From the NCBI RefSeq assembly GCF_009914755.1, contig NC_060940.1: a stretch of DNA of 64,000 bases, one strand, 5' to 3'. The notes under the pieces were generated by a model that saw only the letters and a list, made by a program, of their open reading frames with translations, searched no databases and had not been told where the DNA came from. How positions within the stretch are numbered: position 1 is the first letter of the stretch; each line of letters starts with the position of its first letter. The DNA comes from the human T2T-CHM13v2.0 reference genome, Homo sapiens. This document shows positions 1 through 13,960 of this stretch, in pieces. The position numbers and the translations under genes are program-made.

Positions 1-443
1 CAGTGGACTGGGAAAGGCAGACCCACCCTCAATCTGGGTGGGCACAATCTAATCAGCTGCCAGTTCAGTCAGAATAAAAGCAGGCAGAAGAATGCGGAAA
101 GCCTAAACTGGCTAAGTCTTCTGGCCTCCATCTTTTCCCCATGCTGGATGCTTCTTGCCCTTGAACATCAGACTCCAAGTTCTTTAGCTTTTCGACTCTT
201 AGACTTAACACCGGTGATTTGCCCAGGGCTCTTGGCCTTTGTCCACAAACTAAAGGCTGCACTATCGGCTTCATCCCTACTTTTGAGGTTTTGGGACTCG
301 GACTTGCTTCCTGGCTCCTCAGTTTGCAGACGGCCTTTTGTGGGACTTCGTCTTGTGGTCATGTGAGTCAATACTCCTTAATAAACTCTCTTTCATATAT
401 ACATCACCCTATTAGTCCTGTCGCTCTAGAGAACCCTAATACA
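1..443 (+). mobile_element. MLT2A (MLT2A2-like) ERVL LTR, 5' part cut by the window edge
   Basis: MLT2A motifs cagtggactgggaaaggcagacccaccctcaatctgggtgggcac, gaacatcagactccaagttct, AATAAA at ~380 and terminal ctctagagaaccctaataca. Confidence 0.9.
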
Positions 444-495
444 TTATCACATCCCTTAGCAAATAGACTGTTAGTGCATGTAAGAATAAAATAAG

Positions 496-1032
<537 letters not shown>

Positions 1033-1199
1033 TCATATACTTAATAACTTTCAACACTAATAAATTGGACACTTACGTAGCTGCATTGATAAACACACAA
1101 TGCAGATCATAGGTGGCTCTATGCTCTCTGTGCCCTGTCATGGTCTATGCGAGAGTTTTTAGTCCTGGTGTCATATTGACATTCAAGACATTTAAGGTC

Positions 1200-1480
1200 C
1201 TGGAATGTGAGCCACATGATGAGATAATTTGAGGATGGACAGTTTGCAGAAGAGAATACCCTTTGTTCAAATATCTAAACAGCTGTCATGAACAAGAGCG
1301 ATTAGATTCATTTTGCTTGACCCAGGAGGTGCAAAACTGAGACTAATGGATGGGAGCTTCAGGGAGGGAGAATGTTGCTCAGCCCAAGGAAGGATTTCTG
1401 GCAAGAAAGGTCTATGCCGCTAGATCTTGTGCTCCTGGGAATAGAAAGCTTTGGCTCCCTTCCAGCATGGAAACTCAGAC
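1200..1480 (+). mobile_element. L3/CR1 LINE 3' fragment
   Basis: ttcaaatatctaaacagctgtcatg...gattagattcattttg...actaatggatgggagcttcagggagg...aaggaaggatttct resembles the L3 3' region. Confidence 0.7.
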
Positions 1481-1714
1481 TATATGTCCATTTACTAGGT
1501 AGTATCATATTTCACAGGATACTTCTGCTTTGAGTAAGAGAGGGTATTACAGGACCACCATGATCTCTTTTATGTATACATTTTAGTGGAAATTGTAACA
1601 AGTCTAGTTAAAATGACATATGCCTTGGAAAAAAAGTTTATTTCTACTAATGTTAAAACTACTATGACTATCACTGCCAATGCTACTATAATTACTATTA
1701 ATGGTCATATGATA

Positions 1715-1950
1715 AATAATGTTTGCAGGGCAGCTACTGTATACTAGGTACATATTCCCTCTGCTAGTTTGCATTTTGCATATACCATGTCATTTAACCT
1801 GCACAGCAATTCTGAGTGGTTGGTGTCATCGATCTCTTTTTGCAGTTTCAGGGAACTGAGGCTCTAGGAGGTGAAGCCATCTACTCATGGTTAGCCAGAT
1901 AGTAACACTCAGATCTATGTGTGTCTGGCCACAAAATCAGTTCTCTTTCT
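1715..1950 (-). mobile_element. MIR
   Basis: tcatttaacctgcacagcaattctgag...gggaactgaggctctaggaggtgaag, reverse MIR core. Confidence 0.7.
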
Positions 1951-1965
1951 GTTTTACAGAGCCAT

Positions 1966-2020
1966 AGGAAGAGAGGGTAGGAAGAGAGGAGAGGAGAGGA
2001 GAGGAGATGAGAGGAGAGGA
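1966..2020 (+). repeat. (GAGAG)n purine-rich simple repeat
   Basis: gagaggagaggagaggagaggagatgagaggagagga read directly. Confidence 0.9.
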
Positions 2021-3259
2021 CATATAATAGATAATCCTAGGCTTAAGTCAGATTTATTTTGGGAAAATATGAGACTCAGTTACTGAAATATTCTAATTTT
2101 TTATATATCAAGCTATACATTACTGATTATATAGTTTGCAATTATTGATGACAGATTCACTAGTTTGATTCTTTCTTTGTTGATCTCATTCTTCCTGAGG
2201 TTGTTTCATCCTTCATAGGAAGAGCTACTACTTCACAATTGCATGAGAAGAGATCAATTTATATGTATGGCTCATACACATCTCAAAAGGAGAAATCAAG
2301 AGGGACTTAGGTATGGTAAGTTGAAGAACATGAAAAGGAATTGCAAAATCAAAAATGGTGAGGTGATTTTGGGATATCATCAGGACATCAAGAATAATGA
2401 AATTAAACATGTATCTGAAAGCAAATGATTCTAAGCAATTTTGATAGAGATAGTCTCATCCAAGTTGGATGATTTACATAACATGCCAGCCTCAGTAGTA
2501 AATAAAAATGTATGGAAAGCATAGTTTTTTATATAAGATGCACCTAGATTTTTTTGTATAAGATGCTTTCTTTACATGACATACTTTCTCCCTCTTTCTT
2601 TCTTTAAGACCTACCACTACTATGAAGCCTTTACTGAATTCGCTGGTTCCTGAGGTTTCTTCTCAAGCTTCTGTAGAAGCTATCCTCTGCACCACAACAT
2701 CAGATCCTGAATCATGTGCTATCAATACTACTGGATTTTCTGTTTTTCTGTGCCTGCTTTTCTTTCCTGTGTAGGTGGACAGAAATGCACATGGGTTGCA
2801 GTATCTAGGGAAATGCCAACTGAGGGTTCTTCAGGCCTATTACAGACTAACATAACTTTGAAGAGCATAGTGAATTCCAATATCTAATCTTCATCTTTGC
2901 AAGACCAAGAATTCACTCTTGTCTGAGTCCTAGAAATGATTATTGATTCGAACATTAATTATATTTTCCTAACGTTTGAGTCGTCTCAATGTTAAGTGGA
3001 GACAATCTGGACAAAACAGAAGCTTTCTGCTCCACCTACTTGTAAGGCAATGAGGGCAATCACTCAACAGAATTCCTCCTAAGAGGAACCCTGAGAGTGT
3101 TTGGAAGAAATAAATACTATGCAGAATGGATGGTGACCATCAAGAAAAAACTTCAGCGGAAAAAGATGGCTCCCAGATTTCTTTCTCAAGGAAACCAGAG
3201 CTCCAGGAGAATGTTTTGTTTGACTGAGTACTTTGCTGGGCCAGAAGATGAAAAATTGG

Positions 3260-3575
<316 letters not shown>

Positions 3576-4086
3576 TCAGAGTCAAGGTAGAGCTAAACTG
3601 TATTAGGCCGTTACAGTGCACAACTCCAGGTGCCGTCACTGGCATTAAAGCCAGGAAGCAATTGTGGAAAAGGGGAATGTCTAATGGTACCTATCTCTAT
3701 GAGGTAATATAAGATCTCTATTTTTCTGGCATACGCTTTCAGTAATTTTATCATGTTTGATAATTCTTTTGTGACACTGGATTGATTTTGGGTGATAGAA
3801 TGTTAAAAAAGGGCTGAGTTATGAATCTGAGTTACCACAGGTGAACGCAGGTACTTTTCCTGCAGCTTACCAGCTGAAAGAAAAGAGAATATTTGGGTTT
3901 CATATGATTATGGGATACTGATGTCTAATTTGGGGGGGTTGTTAAGATACTTAAACAAAAAGAAATTATAAACTGTATGGAAATTGTAGAAGCTCGACGT
4001 GTGTTTACTATCTTCTTACAGGAAAGCCGAGTGATACGGACTACTCATAAGAAACTAAACAAGATCATCAAGTTGGTAACAATGAG

Positions 4087-4088
<2 letters not shown>

Positions 4089-4134
<46 letters not shown>
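4089..4134 (+). repeat. (GT)23 microsatellite
   Basis: Perfect GT dinucleotide run. Confidence 0.98.
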
Positions 4135-4135
<1 letters not shown>

Positions 4136-4489
4136 GGGAATTGCATGAAGAGAGCATGGCAGTTTTGGGGGAATCTCACAAACAAAGAAGGAGAGCTCAG
4201 CAGTAATTCAGATGGTCAAGGCTCTAAGCCTGATGACCTCTGTATTATTCCTACAATAGGTCTAGGCCTGTCACAGGAGAGAGGGCCATAGAGCACGTCT
4301 AGCCTCTCCTTTCCCCCATACCTTGCTAGGACACTTGTAAATCTGTTTCTCTTATCATCTGCTCCTCTCTTTTGATAGCCACACTTTTCTTCAAATATAT
4401 TAATGCAAGCGGCATTGCTCTAGCTAAATCTTGCTGTTGCCAAGAAGTCATTTATCTCTTTTAGATGATTTTACGTATTTATCACTTGT

Positions 4490-4532
4490 TTTATTTTTTT
4501 ATTTTATTTTATTTTATTTTATTTTATTTTAT
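4490..4532 (+). repeat. (TTTTA)n microsatellite
   Basis: ttttattttattttattttatt read directly. Confidence 0.92.
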
Positions 4533-5534
4533 GGTTTTTAATCTCAGAGCTGCCTCTTCTTATTGTTGTTGCTCTGAGTTCTGGAGTCAAGAGACCAGCA
4601 ACTTATTAAAACCCCAGTTCTGGACAACATAGCCAACACAAAGTGTAAATCTACTAGAAAAAATATCTTGCTTTTCTCATTGTTTGTATTCCTATAATTT
4701 CAGTCACAAAACAAGGGACAAAATAGAAGCTAAATAAACACTTGAATATTTCCTGGGGTCCTTTTGATGAAAGAATCTATATGAACACTTCATGCATTTT
4801 TTTTTTAATGACAAAAGCTTTTGCCCTGTTCTTAAAGTCTATTATTGTTGCATGCCTCTTCTTGGGTTCCAGTGAATTAAAATTTGTAGCAACTTAATCT
4901 GTCTCTCTCTAAACACATTTGTAATGCTTTGTTTTCTTTATTCAGTTGTGCTTTGTGTGTCATATATCATTACACTATGTTGCATTTCTTACAGAGAAAA
5001 TCTACTGAAAGTGTCTTTTTTTTTAGAAAAGAAAAATTCTTTATTACTATGGCCTATAGCAATTAAAGCTTGAAATTAGAATTAAGTATTGTGCATTGCG
5101 ATGCAGACGACCATATAGATATATTAACATTTTGGCAAGGTTTTTCTTTGCAGGCACAAAGTTGTCATTAGGAAATATAATACTCATTTTTTGCTTGATT
5201 AATCATAGCAAAAGCATAACAAAGTATATACTGTGTGTTAGAGCATGCAACATTTTGTAAAATTATGAATCATGGGCAAGCTGGGGTATGAATCCACAAC
5301 ATTCTGTAAGAAACTCAGAGTAAGTATGAAATTTGTTCTTTGAAGTTCTTTGACTAAAGAGAATTTATGCACTCCAAACATAAAGAAACACATCTCGAAA
5401 ACACAACTCACAATCTAAAATAATTTGAGTTCTCTTCCCAGCTTTCCAAATCTACTATGGATTTACTTATATGTAACCTTGGAGGATATTCTGATAATTA
5501 TATGTAATAAATAATATGTAGTACATAATATAAA

Positions 5535-5915
5535 TATAATAATAGCTACTATTTTCTAAGGGCTTTCTTTGTGTCAGACATCATACAAATGTTCTCCATG
5601 GTTACTGATTCAATCCTTACAAGACCTTTGCAAAGTAGGTAATATTTTATTATTAGCTATTATTATAATCATTATTGAGTTAAACTTATATTCAGTGAGA
5701 CACACATACTCTATCTATATAATTTCATAAATTTCTGCAAATGTATACATTTGTGTATCTGATATCTAATCAAGACAGAGAACAGTCCCATTACCTAGAA
5801 GTAGACACTATTTATAGCTCTAATTTCCTAATACATAACAATGGACTAAGAAAGGTTAAATAATTTGCCCAAAGTTACACCAGTAATAAATAGCACAGCT
5901 AATTGTCAAACTCAC
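5535..5915 (-). mobile_element. MIR split by a short L1ME-type 3' fragment (~5672-5800)
   Basis: aataatagctact...caatccttacaagacctttgcaaagtaggt, then aaaggttaaataatttgcccaaagttacac; insert ttattgagttaaacttatattcagtg...aatcaagacagagaacagtcccattacctagaa is L1M 3' end-like. Confidence 0.6.
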
Positions 5916-6204
5916 AATCCTCATCATGCTATATTAGGATTCCCAAGGCTTAGCTTCCACATCTATTGGCTTTCTTTTGATTTTTATATGTATAAAAGTA
6001 GAGTTTGGAACAGATTGAAAGGCTAAATGGAACTAGCTGACATCTAACAGTGTTTTTCATATTTGCTAATTATTAGACTATCTTAGCTTTGTAAGCATAG
6101 AGATATCCTCTCCATGCTTAAAATTTTAAGCTAGTAGACTGAAGTTTTGACCTATAATATGAATTATGTTTGTATGTTCTCTAGTGATTCTGATAGTCAC
6201 TACA

Positions 6205-6540
6205 TATTCATTAGAATAGGCTATGTAGTACTATGGTCACAAATTAACCACAAAATATCAGAACCTTAACACAAGATTTATTTATTCACAAATCCACTGC
6301 TTGGGTGACTCTCCAGAAAAGATGTCTTCTTTGCAGTAACAATTCAAGGTGCTCTATCTTTGTGCCATTGAAATGTTTATGTCCTTGCAGCAGGTGGAGA
6401 GAAGAGTTAGCTGAAGGATGGTGCACTGGCTCTTAAATCTTAGCCAAATCCATTGGTCAGAATTCATCCCATGGGCCTGCCTCTTCAAAGGGGCTGAGAA
6501 ATATGGAGGAGAACAGAGGTATTTGGAGAAGAGTGCCACA
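6205..6540 (-). mobile_element. MLT1 (MLT1I/J-like) MaLR LTR
   Basis: Reverse LTR end (tagaataggctatgtagtact...), ccattggtcagaa motif, terminal tgccaca. Confidence 0.7.
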
Positions 6541-6937
6541 GTCAGGTTTTAAGAATCATTGAATCATTTACCTCTAAGTTTCTTTCCTTCTCGGATGTTT
6601 GTGGATCACCTGTGACACAGATAGATTTACATTTTCTGGTTTTGTAGAAAGTAATACCGCTCTGACATCTCCAAATCACCATGAAATGCTTTTCTTTGTT
6701 TTCTCTTTGACTAGCATGATGTAATATTTCCATGAAAAGCATGAAACTATTATATTGATGAGGATCTGATGGTCCTGCTACCCCTTCTGTTGGTTGTTCT
6801 TTAATTCCCTTGAGTTAACATACTGTAAATTAGCCCTAGCCAGAATGCTTTGCATTTCCACCGAATTTACTGTCAATTGGATGCCGCCATAACACCTACT
6901 GGTACATTAGAAGGCAAATGTTTTAAGCTTCTAGCCT

Positions 6938-7175
6938 CTAGTGGTTATGAGTTGACTATGGAGTCAGTTTGCTTGGTCTTAGATCCAAGCTTCGTCATTT
7001 ACTAGGTATGTGAGTTTGGTAAGTGACTTAACCTCACTGAACTAATCTCCTCTTGAGCAAAATGGGAGTAATTATATCTTCTACCTCATGGGACTGTCAT
7101 AAGTATTAAAAATGATAATCTACATTAAGTGCTTACCACAGGGTCTTACCTATGGAGAGCAACCAATAAACTTTG
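6938..7175 (+). mobile_element. MIR, near full length
   Basis: tagtggttatgag...ggagtcag...atttactaggtatgtgagtttggtaagtgacttaacctc...aaaatgggagtaat...aagtgctt...aataaa. Confidence 0.85.
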
Positions 7176-8167
7176 TCTGCTTTTTACAAAGGGATGTCTT
7201 TAAGTCTGCTGACCTGCCAATAACTAATAAAAAGAAGCTCCTCTGCCTCACCTCTCCCAGAGTAATGGATTTCACCAGTATATGCTGAGAGAGAAGGCTT
7301 TTTCTATGCCTTCAAATCAATCAATTTCAATTCATTTCCCCACCTTCTTGTAAAGCCAGTTTTGACCGTATCTTTCAACTCTAAATGATGATTTTATGAA
7401 AGTCAAAATGAAATTAGCAAAATGGTATTTTTCTGTCAATGAAAGCATAGAAGCTTTAAAAGACTGGTGAACAATAACTCACATCTCTCCTACTCTATAC
7501 TACATGAAGCTGTGTGTTGTCTAACAACAGGAGTATGTTAAATCATTAAACGTAAACTTTCTTCCCCCAGAGTGGCAAGTGAGCTATTTTCAACTTTCTG
7601 TTGTGACACCATTTTTTTAGGTTGTGTCAGCACACCTATTATTAATTTACCTCTTCACAAGCTGTGTGCATCTTCTCCAAGAACGTTTATTGAGATCTCT
7701 TTTCCAACACTGTCTAGGCATTTCTCAGGATGTCTTGCATGGAATGCTAGTCTGGAATAATTATTTAAGGTATATTGCCCTTGAAAAGATACTTTCTTGC
7801 TCAAATACGAATATACTTCAGGCTCTACCTATCTTAGACACTGACAACATATATTGGCACCTCACTATACATTAGCACATCCAGAATATGTTTTTAGACA
7901 TCCTAAAGTAATGTCTGTTTAACTCCGTTCTACTGATTACCTACAAAACTAATTTGGCCATGAACAACTTATTTTCACACAAAAAAGTGTGTTCCAAAGA
8001 ATGATATATTTGGCAAATCATGTGCAGAATTGATGAGAGAGCTTAAGCTATGGAAGTCTCCTTGCTTCTTAGGTTTAGAAAGATAATAACAAAGAAACAA
8101 TGTCTTGGTCTGATCTGATTGTATAAAGCCAATGGCCACCATAAGCACAAAACTCTAATTTGTTTGA

Positions 8168-8595
8168 CAGGACTGGAACTGAGGAGAGCAAAGTGAAGCA
8201 CTTGTAGGAGTTGCACTATTTAAGGAGGCAGCAAAAAGCTCAGTAAACAAGATAAATCATATTTTAATGCAATATTTTAAGATAAGGAAAGTAAAACTAT
8301 TTTAAAAATAAAAATGCCAAATGCCATGATGAACAAAACAGCAAATTTTAAATAAAGGCAAGATGAGTATTGCTGATTTTTTTTTTGCTCCCATATGGTT
8401 CTGAACAATACTGTTACTCTTCCCTTATTTTAAAATCTTGATATTTTGTTCATCATGAATTTTTGCATTAGGTTTTGATATGTTAAAATAAAATGGTGCA
8501 TTGAAATATCACTTGCCTTGATTTCTGAGTGTTTTGGGGCCCCTTCAATGTTACGACTGAGCGAGCACCTCATCACCTCCCTCCAGTTCCAGATT
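8168..8595. mobile_element. MER96B hAT-Tip100 MITE (palindromic)
   Basis: Long inverted arms: ctcagtaaacaagataaatcatattttaatgcaat...catgatgaacaaaa versus ttttgttcatcatg...tgcattgaaatatcacttgccttgatttctgag; ends ctggaact/agttccag. Confidence 0.85.
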
Positions 8596-8697
8596 TGCTA
8601 CTTGATCCCTGTTCAAATGTAACTGGGGATGGAAGAGCAAACTCATTTTATCTAGGGCTGAGTTCTGCACAAAGTCAGCATAGTATTGGGAGGAAAT

Positions 8698-9165
8698 GGC
8701 ACAACCATGTTCATAGCAGCCCTATTCACAATAGTTAAAAGGTGGGAGCAACCCAAATGTCTATCCACAGATGAATGAATATACACAACGTGGTGTGTAC
8801 ACACAATGGCATATTGTTCAGCCTTAAAAAGGAAGGAAATTGTGACACGTGCTACAACATGGATGAACCTTGAAGACATTATGCAAAATGAAATAAGCTA
8901 GTCACTAAAAAGACAAATACTGTATGATTTCATTTATATGAAGTATCAAGTATAATGAAACTCATAGAAATGACAAATATGCATGGTAGTTGCCAGGGAC
9001 TGGAAGAAAGGGAAAGAGGGACTTGTTGTTTAAAGGGTATAGAGTTTCAGTTTTCACAACGATACGAACATACTAAATACTACTGATATATACACTTCAA
9101 AGTGGTTAAGATGGTAAATGTTCTGTTACGTGTATTTTATCACCATTAATTTTTTAAATTAAAAT
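8698..9165 (+). mobile_element. L1MB 3' end (ORF2 tail plus 3'UTR)
   Basis: atgttcatagcagccctattcacaatag...caacccaaatgtc...acatggatgaaccttgaagacattatg...atggtaaatgttctgttacgtgtatttt. Confidence 0.9.
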
Positions 9166-10007
9166 TTGAGAAAAAGGAGAAATGGCAAGAGTCAAGGACA
9201 GAGGTGCACATCATCAAAAGCAGAATTGGAAAAGGGTGCCAAAGAAGCAGAAGGCCAGGAAAGGGAGGGGAGAAAACACAGGTTGGAGGAGTAACCTGGG
9301 TGAACTCTGGTCTCCAGGCTTCTACCTGTCCTTGGAACAGGCTGCATTGAAAAGGAGGCTGAAATATGTTCACTCAACTTCAGGTGTCTTTTCTGGCTCT
9401 TCTTCTTCTCCTTCGGAGACTTTCTGGGGGAAAGATCTTTAAATGTAAGATATATTTTGGTTAGAAATCCTGTCTGTTAATGTACAGCTTCACAGTGCTG
9501 ACGGGCTGCCCACGACCTGCAGCACATTTTGGATGCTTTTTTAGAAAAGCTAAGATTATTTTTCTAATAACTCTTTCATCTGCAGCATCTAGTTTTTCCA
9601 TTAGGAAAACTAAAATAGCTTGTGGAATTGCTTTTTGTCCTTCTACAATAACAGATGCTGCAGCAAGCCCATCACTTTGGGACATATGTAGAATATGATG
9701 TGGTTACAATGAGAAAATTCTCTCTTCTCTCCACACCCTTTTTGCAGAAGGACACTTTGTGACATCTCCTTCATGTTTCTGGGTCACAAAATATCTTGCG
9801 TGAGTGGAACAGAGATAATATATGTCAACATATGCTGAAATAATAAATAAGATCTCTTTAAGGGCAGATAGCATCCATGAATAATTTTAACAACTCACAA
9901 AGATACTTGGCCATAATTAATTCTAGGGAAGATTTTTTTTAATGTTTTCTTTCACTGGGACACACTGGATACTGTTTTCTTGGTGGTGGGAGAGAAGTGG
10001 ATAGTGA

Positions 10008-10345
10008 ATATCAATCAGGATAGGCTGGATTAAGCAGTGATAATAAACATCCTGCAAATCCTAGTGACTGAAAAAATTGAGTGTTATTGCTCTCTCATGT
10101 TACACATCTGCTGCACAGCTATAGCAGTGTGTTCTGTCATCTTCACTCTGGGACTCATGCTAATAGAGTGCCTGTCCTCTGGTTGTCATGACCAAGATTA
10201 CAAAGACCTGTGATGGACCAGGCTGCTTCTGCTCAGAAGTGACACACCACTTGGCCCACATTTCATTGGCAAATGAAATGGCCCCTTGAGTTCAACAAGG
10301 TACATCTGTATAATCTTTCTTCAGGGAGGTTCTGTGAAACAATAA
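10008..10345 (-). mobile_element. MLT1 (MLT1J/K-like) MaLR LTR
   Basis: tatcaatcaggataggctggatta...cttcactctgggactc...gcttctgctcagaagtgacacaccactt...cacatttcattggc. Confidence 0.7.
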
Positions 10346-10429
10346 TAAAAATGAACTGGAATCGTTAGCAAAGAGGACTCTAATGTACAGGTGGTTGAAG
10401 AAGGGAAAGAGAGCTACTATTGCCACAAT

Positions 10430-11180
10430 TTTCCAGGAACATTGTATACTGTTCTTGGTCAGTTGTCACTCAGTCTTGACCACAACCCTATAAAATTCAT
10501 TACTCTTCTTTCTGTTTTTCTTAGGGATGAACAAGGTAAGTTCAAGCTGATGCAGTGTTATCAGTCAGGGTTCTCTAGAGGGACAGAACTAGTAGGACAG
10601 ATGAATAAATCAAGGGGAGTTTATTAGGAGAATTGACTCACATGATTAGAAGGTGAAGTTCCACAATAGGCCATCTGCAAGCGGAGGAGCCAAGAAGCCA
10701 GTCTGAGTTCCAAAACCTCAGAAGTAGGAAAGCCGATAGTGCAGCCTTCAGTCTGTGGCTGAAGGCCTGAGAGCCCGTGGCAAATCACTGCTGTAAGCCC
10801 AAGAGTCCAAAAGCTGAACAACTTGGAATCTGATGTTTGAGGGCAGGAAGCATTCAGCATGGGAGCAAGATGGAGGCCAGAAGACTCAACCAGTCTGCTC
10901 TTTCCATGCCTGCTTTTATGCTGGCAGCTGATTAGATGGTGCCCACCCAGACTTAGGCTGGGTCCACTTCTCTCAGTCCACTGACTCAAATGCTAATCTC
11001 CTTTGGCAACACCCTCACAGACACACCCCAGGAACAATACTTTGTGTTCTTCAATCCAATCAAGTTCACACTCAATATTAACCATCACCCTCAGTAACCT
11101 GCCTAAGGTCATAGAGTTATTATGTTAAAGCTGGTATTTAAATTAATGCTCAATTAACTCAAAGGTCATGTTCTTCCCAA
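10430..11180 (-). mobile_element. MIR split by the MLT2A LTR
   Basis: cacaaccctataaa before and agtaacctgcctaaggtcatagag after the LTR. Confidence 0.55.
10556..11089 (-). mobile_element. MLT2A (MLT2A2-like) ERVL solo LTR, full length
   Basis: Starts tgttatcagtcagggttctctagagggacagaac, ends caatccaatcaagttcacactcaatattaaccatcac; reverse-complement homologue of 1-443. Confidence 0.92.
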
Positions 11181-12154
11181 GACAACTTGGTGACTCTTAC
11201 AATCACATGAGGACAAAGTGAGGCTTAAATCACCTATTATGCAACCCATTTTTTCAATGGTGATACCCAGTATGGACGTCCATGTTAATTGATGAGGTAG
11301 ATAACAAGCACAGCATGTAAAGATTGATAGAACAGTTATGTTCTTCTGAAGCAGAATGGGCTGGAAAGGCTAGGTTGTTTACCCCGCCTCACGCATTTTC
11401 CACATTAAAGAGGACATGAGTCTCACTGACCGTCTTATATAGGTTATAAAACTCCTTCAATAAAAACTTTTTTTTAAATCACTATTTCTGGAGCATCCCA
11501 AATAGGACGAAAGCATGTATTTCTAGAAATGGCTGGGAGTGAAGAATTAATAAAAATAAGTTCATGAATAATACAAGAAAAGAGTTTACCAAGGCAATGC
11601 ATACATATCAAAGGCAAAAGCTGGCTAAGAAACCCAGTGTTGCAATACAAGCAGGTTTAATTTTTCTAGAAGATATATAAACAATTTTAAAACTCTCACT
11701 CAGAGAACTCACCACCCGCCTCAGCCCCATTGTTTTACCCTGTCTTCCAAATATTATTTGAAATAGTAAGGCATTATTTGGCACATAAGCTTATCATGCT
11801 GTTAATGAGAAGAGTGAATTAAAAATGGAAAGAGACTAACTGTTCAAAAAATGGGCAAATGTGTAAGGAAAGTCTGACTCATCTGTTTGAAGAAAGGCTA
11901 CCCCACTGTTAAAAGACTCGTTTGTGAATAGTTCAAGATAATGTGTGAGTATGGTTTGGCTTTCGTGTTCAATTAAATAATTAGAATATGAAATGGAATA
12001 TATTATAAGGTCTCCACTCTGTAGGACAAATGAACAGAAAAATCAAACAATGTATTTGTTTATGTAGAAAAAGATAAGGAAATAGAAATGAATATGAAAT
12101 CCACCATATGTAGCATTGGTGGTTATAGTCTGTATAACTATAGATGATTATTAC

Positions 12155-13960
12155 ATTCATTGTTTATTTATTTATGTATGTAGTAGATATTTATGGAAAG
12201 GCTATGACACGGCAGATGCAGTTCTAAGTGTGGCAGTGAATAAAACCAAGCAAACCACTTTCTTGTGCTGCTTATAATATGATGGGGAAGGACCTATGAG
12301 AAACAAATAAACATTTTACTTGGTTTAAACTCCTTTGGAGAAAACTAAATAGGATAAGGGAATACAGTGCCATGGAGGAGGAGTTATTTTGTACATGTTG
12401 GTCAAGGAAGGCTTCTCTGAAAAGAGGATATTTGAGTAGAGGCCTGACGGAATTGGGGGAGCTGGCAAGGCAGGTTAGTGGGGACAAGCATTCAGGCAGA
12501 GAGGAACCAGATGCAAAGGCCTTGGGTGTTTGCATGCTTCAAGGAACAACAGAAGCAAATGTGGCTTGAATGAAAGGAGGAAGGGGAAGGTAGTAGTAGA
12601 AGGGGTCAGAGGAGTGGTGGTTGGTGGTGGCACAATCATGTGAGACTTGAAGACAATTTCCAGGACTCTGGCTTTTTTACTGAAAGAGATACAAACTACT
12701 GGAGGATTCTGAGCCAAGGTGTGGCATGGTCTATCTTACAAAGGCCATTCTGGCTGCTGGGGGAAAGAGACTGGGAACAGGATAAGCAACTCAGAAACAA
12801 GTGAGAAATATCAGTAGCTTACTTAGACTTGGGAAAAAAACAGCAAAATAATAAGAGATGTTTGGATTTTTAATAGTTCACAGATGAATCTGAAAGGATT
12901 TGCTTATAAATTAGAGAGGCCGTATGAAAAGAAAACTCAATCACGATTCCCAAGTTTGTGCACTGAGAAACTGATGATGAAGTTGCCATTTACTAAGAGA
13001 AGAATGCAGAAGAAATGATTTAGGGGTGGGATGGGAAGAAATCCGGAGTTTGGTTTGGGATGGATTAATTGTGAGATGTTTAGTCAAATAAGCAGATAAA
13101 CATATGAGTTCCACATTCAGAGGGCTGAATGAAATAACGTAAGGATTAAACGTAGTTGATAAAATGTCCAAGAGTCAGTCCTGGGCATGTCACTATTTTG
13201 AGCTGGCAGGACGAGGAGGAACCAGAAAAGGAAAATGAAAAGTGATGGCTATTGATGTAGGAAGAAAACTGAGTATTGTCCCCTAAGCCAAGTATATAAA
13301 GATGAAGGGAGTTTATGTCAATTGTTGCTGATACAATAATATCTGCAATGAGAACTAAGTAGTGACCACTGTATTTGGTAACACAGGTAACTGGGAGGGT
13401 AGTTTCAGTGGAGAGATCAGACTGAAAGGCTAATTGGAATTGGTACAAGAGAGAATAGAAAGGGGAGAAGTGAAGACATCAAGGAATTTTGCTGAAAAGG
13501 GAAACAGAGATATTGGGCAATAGTTTAAAGAAGTTATGGAATAAAGAGAGAGCTTTTGATAAGATAGGAGGTAGGAAATATTGCAATTTCTTTTGAAACA
13601 GGGTCTTGCTGTGTCACCCAGGCTGGAGTGCAGTGATGCCATCATGTCTCACTGTGTACTTGGGATAGGCATGAGCCACCACACCCACCTACAATGTCCT
13701 TGAATAATAATGGGAATAATAAGTAAGTAGGGGAAACTTGATAATGCAGGAAAGAGAGAAGATAGCAAAAGAGATGTCCTTGGTTAGATGAGAGAGGGCC
13801 CAGGGCACATTGCAGAAGTGGGCCTTTGAAGCAATGTGGGTTCATTCATCCTAAGAGAGGAAAAGACACAGCTTGTGGACATGAATGCAGAAACTTTGCT
13901 GTATTTGGTGATAGATGCAGGTGGAACTTTTGGTATAGCTTCTATTTTCTCAGTGAATTA
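12155..13960 (-). mobile_element. L2 (L2a-like) LINE, long 3' fragment
   Basis: Reverse L2 3' tail, ggtcaaggaaggcttctctga, gcattcaggcagagaggaaccagatgcaaaggcct, ccattctggctgctg, gaagttgccatttactaaga. Confidence 0.85.
13590..13690 (-). mobile_element. Internally deleted AluJ/monomer fragment
   Basis: gaaacagggtcttgctgtgtcacccaggctggagtgcagtg joined directly to gggataggcatgagccaccacaccc. Confidence 0.85.

Noticed and set aside
9461-9685. 74-aa ATG-initiated minus-strand ORF with protein-like composition
   Set aside because: No recognisable homology, weak Kozak context, no splice or promoter support; an ORF on the opposite strand overlaps it
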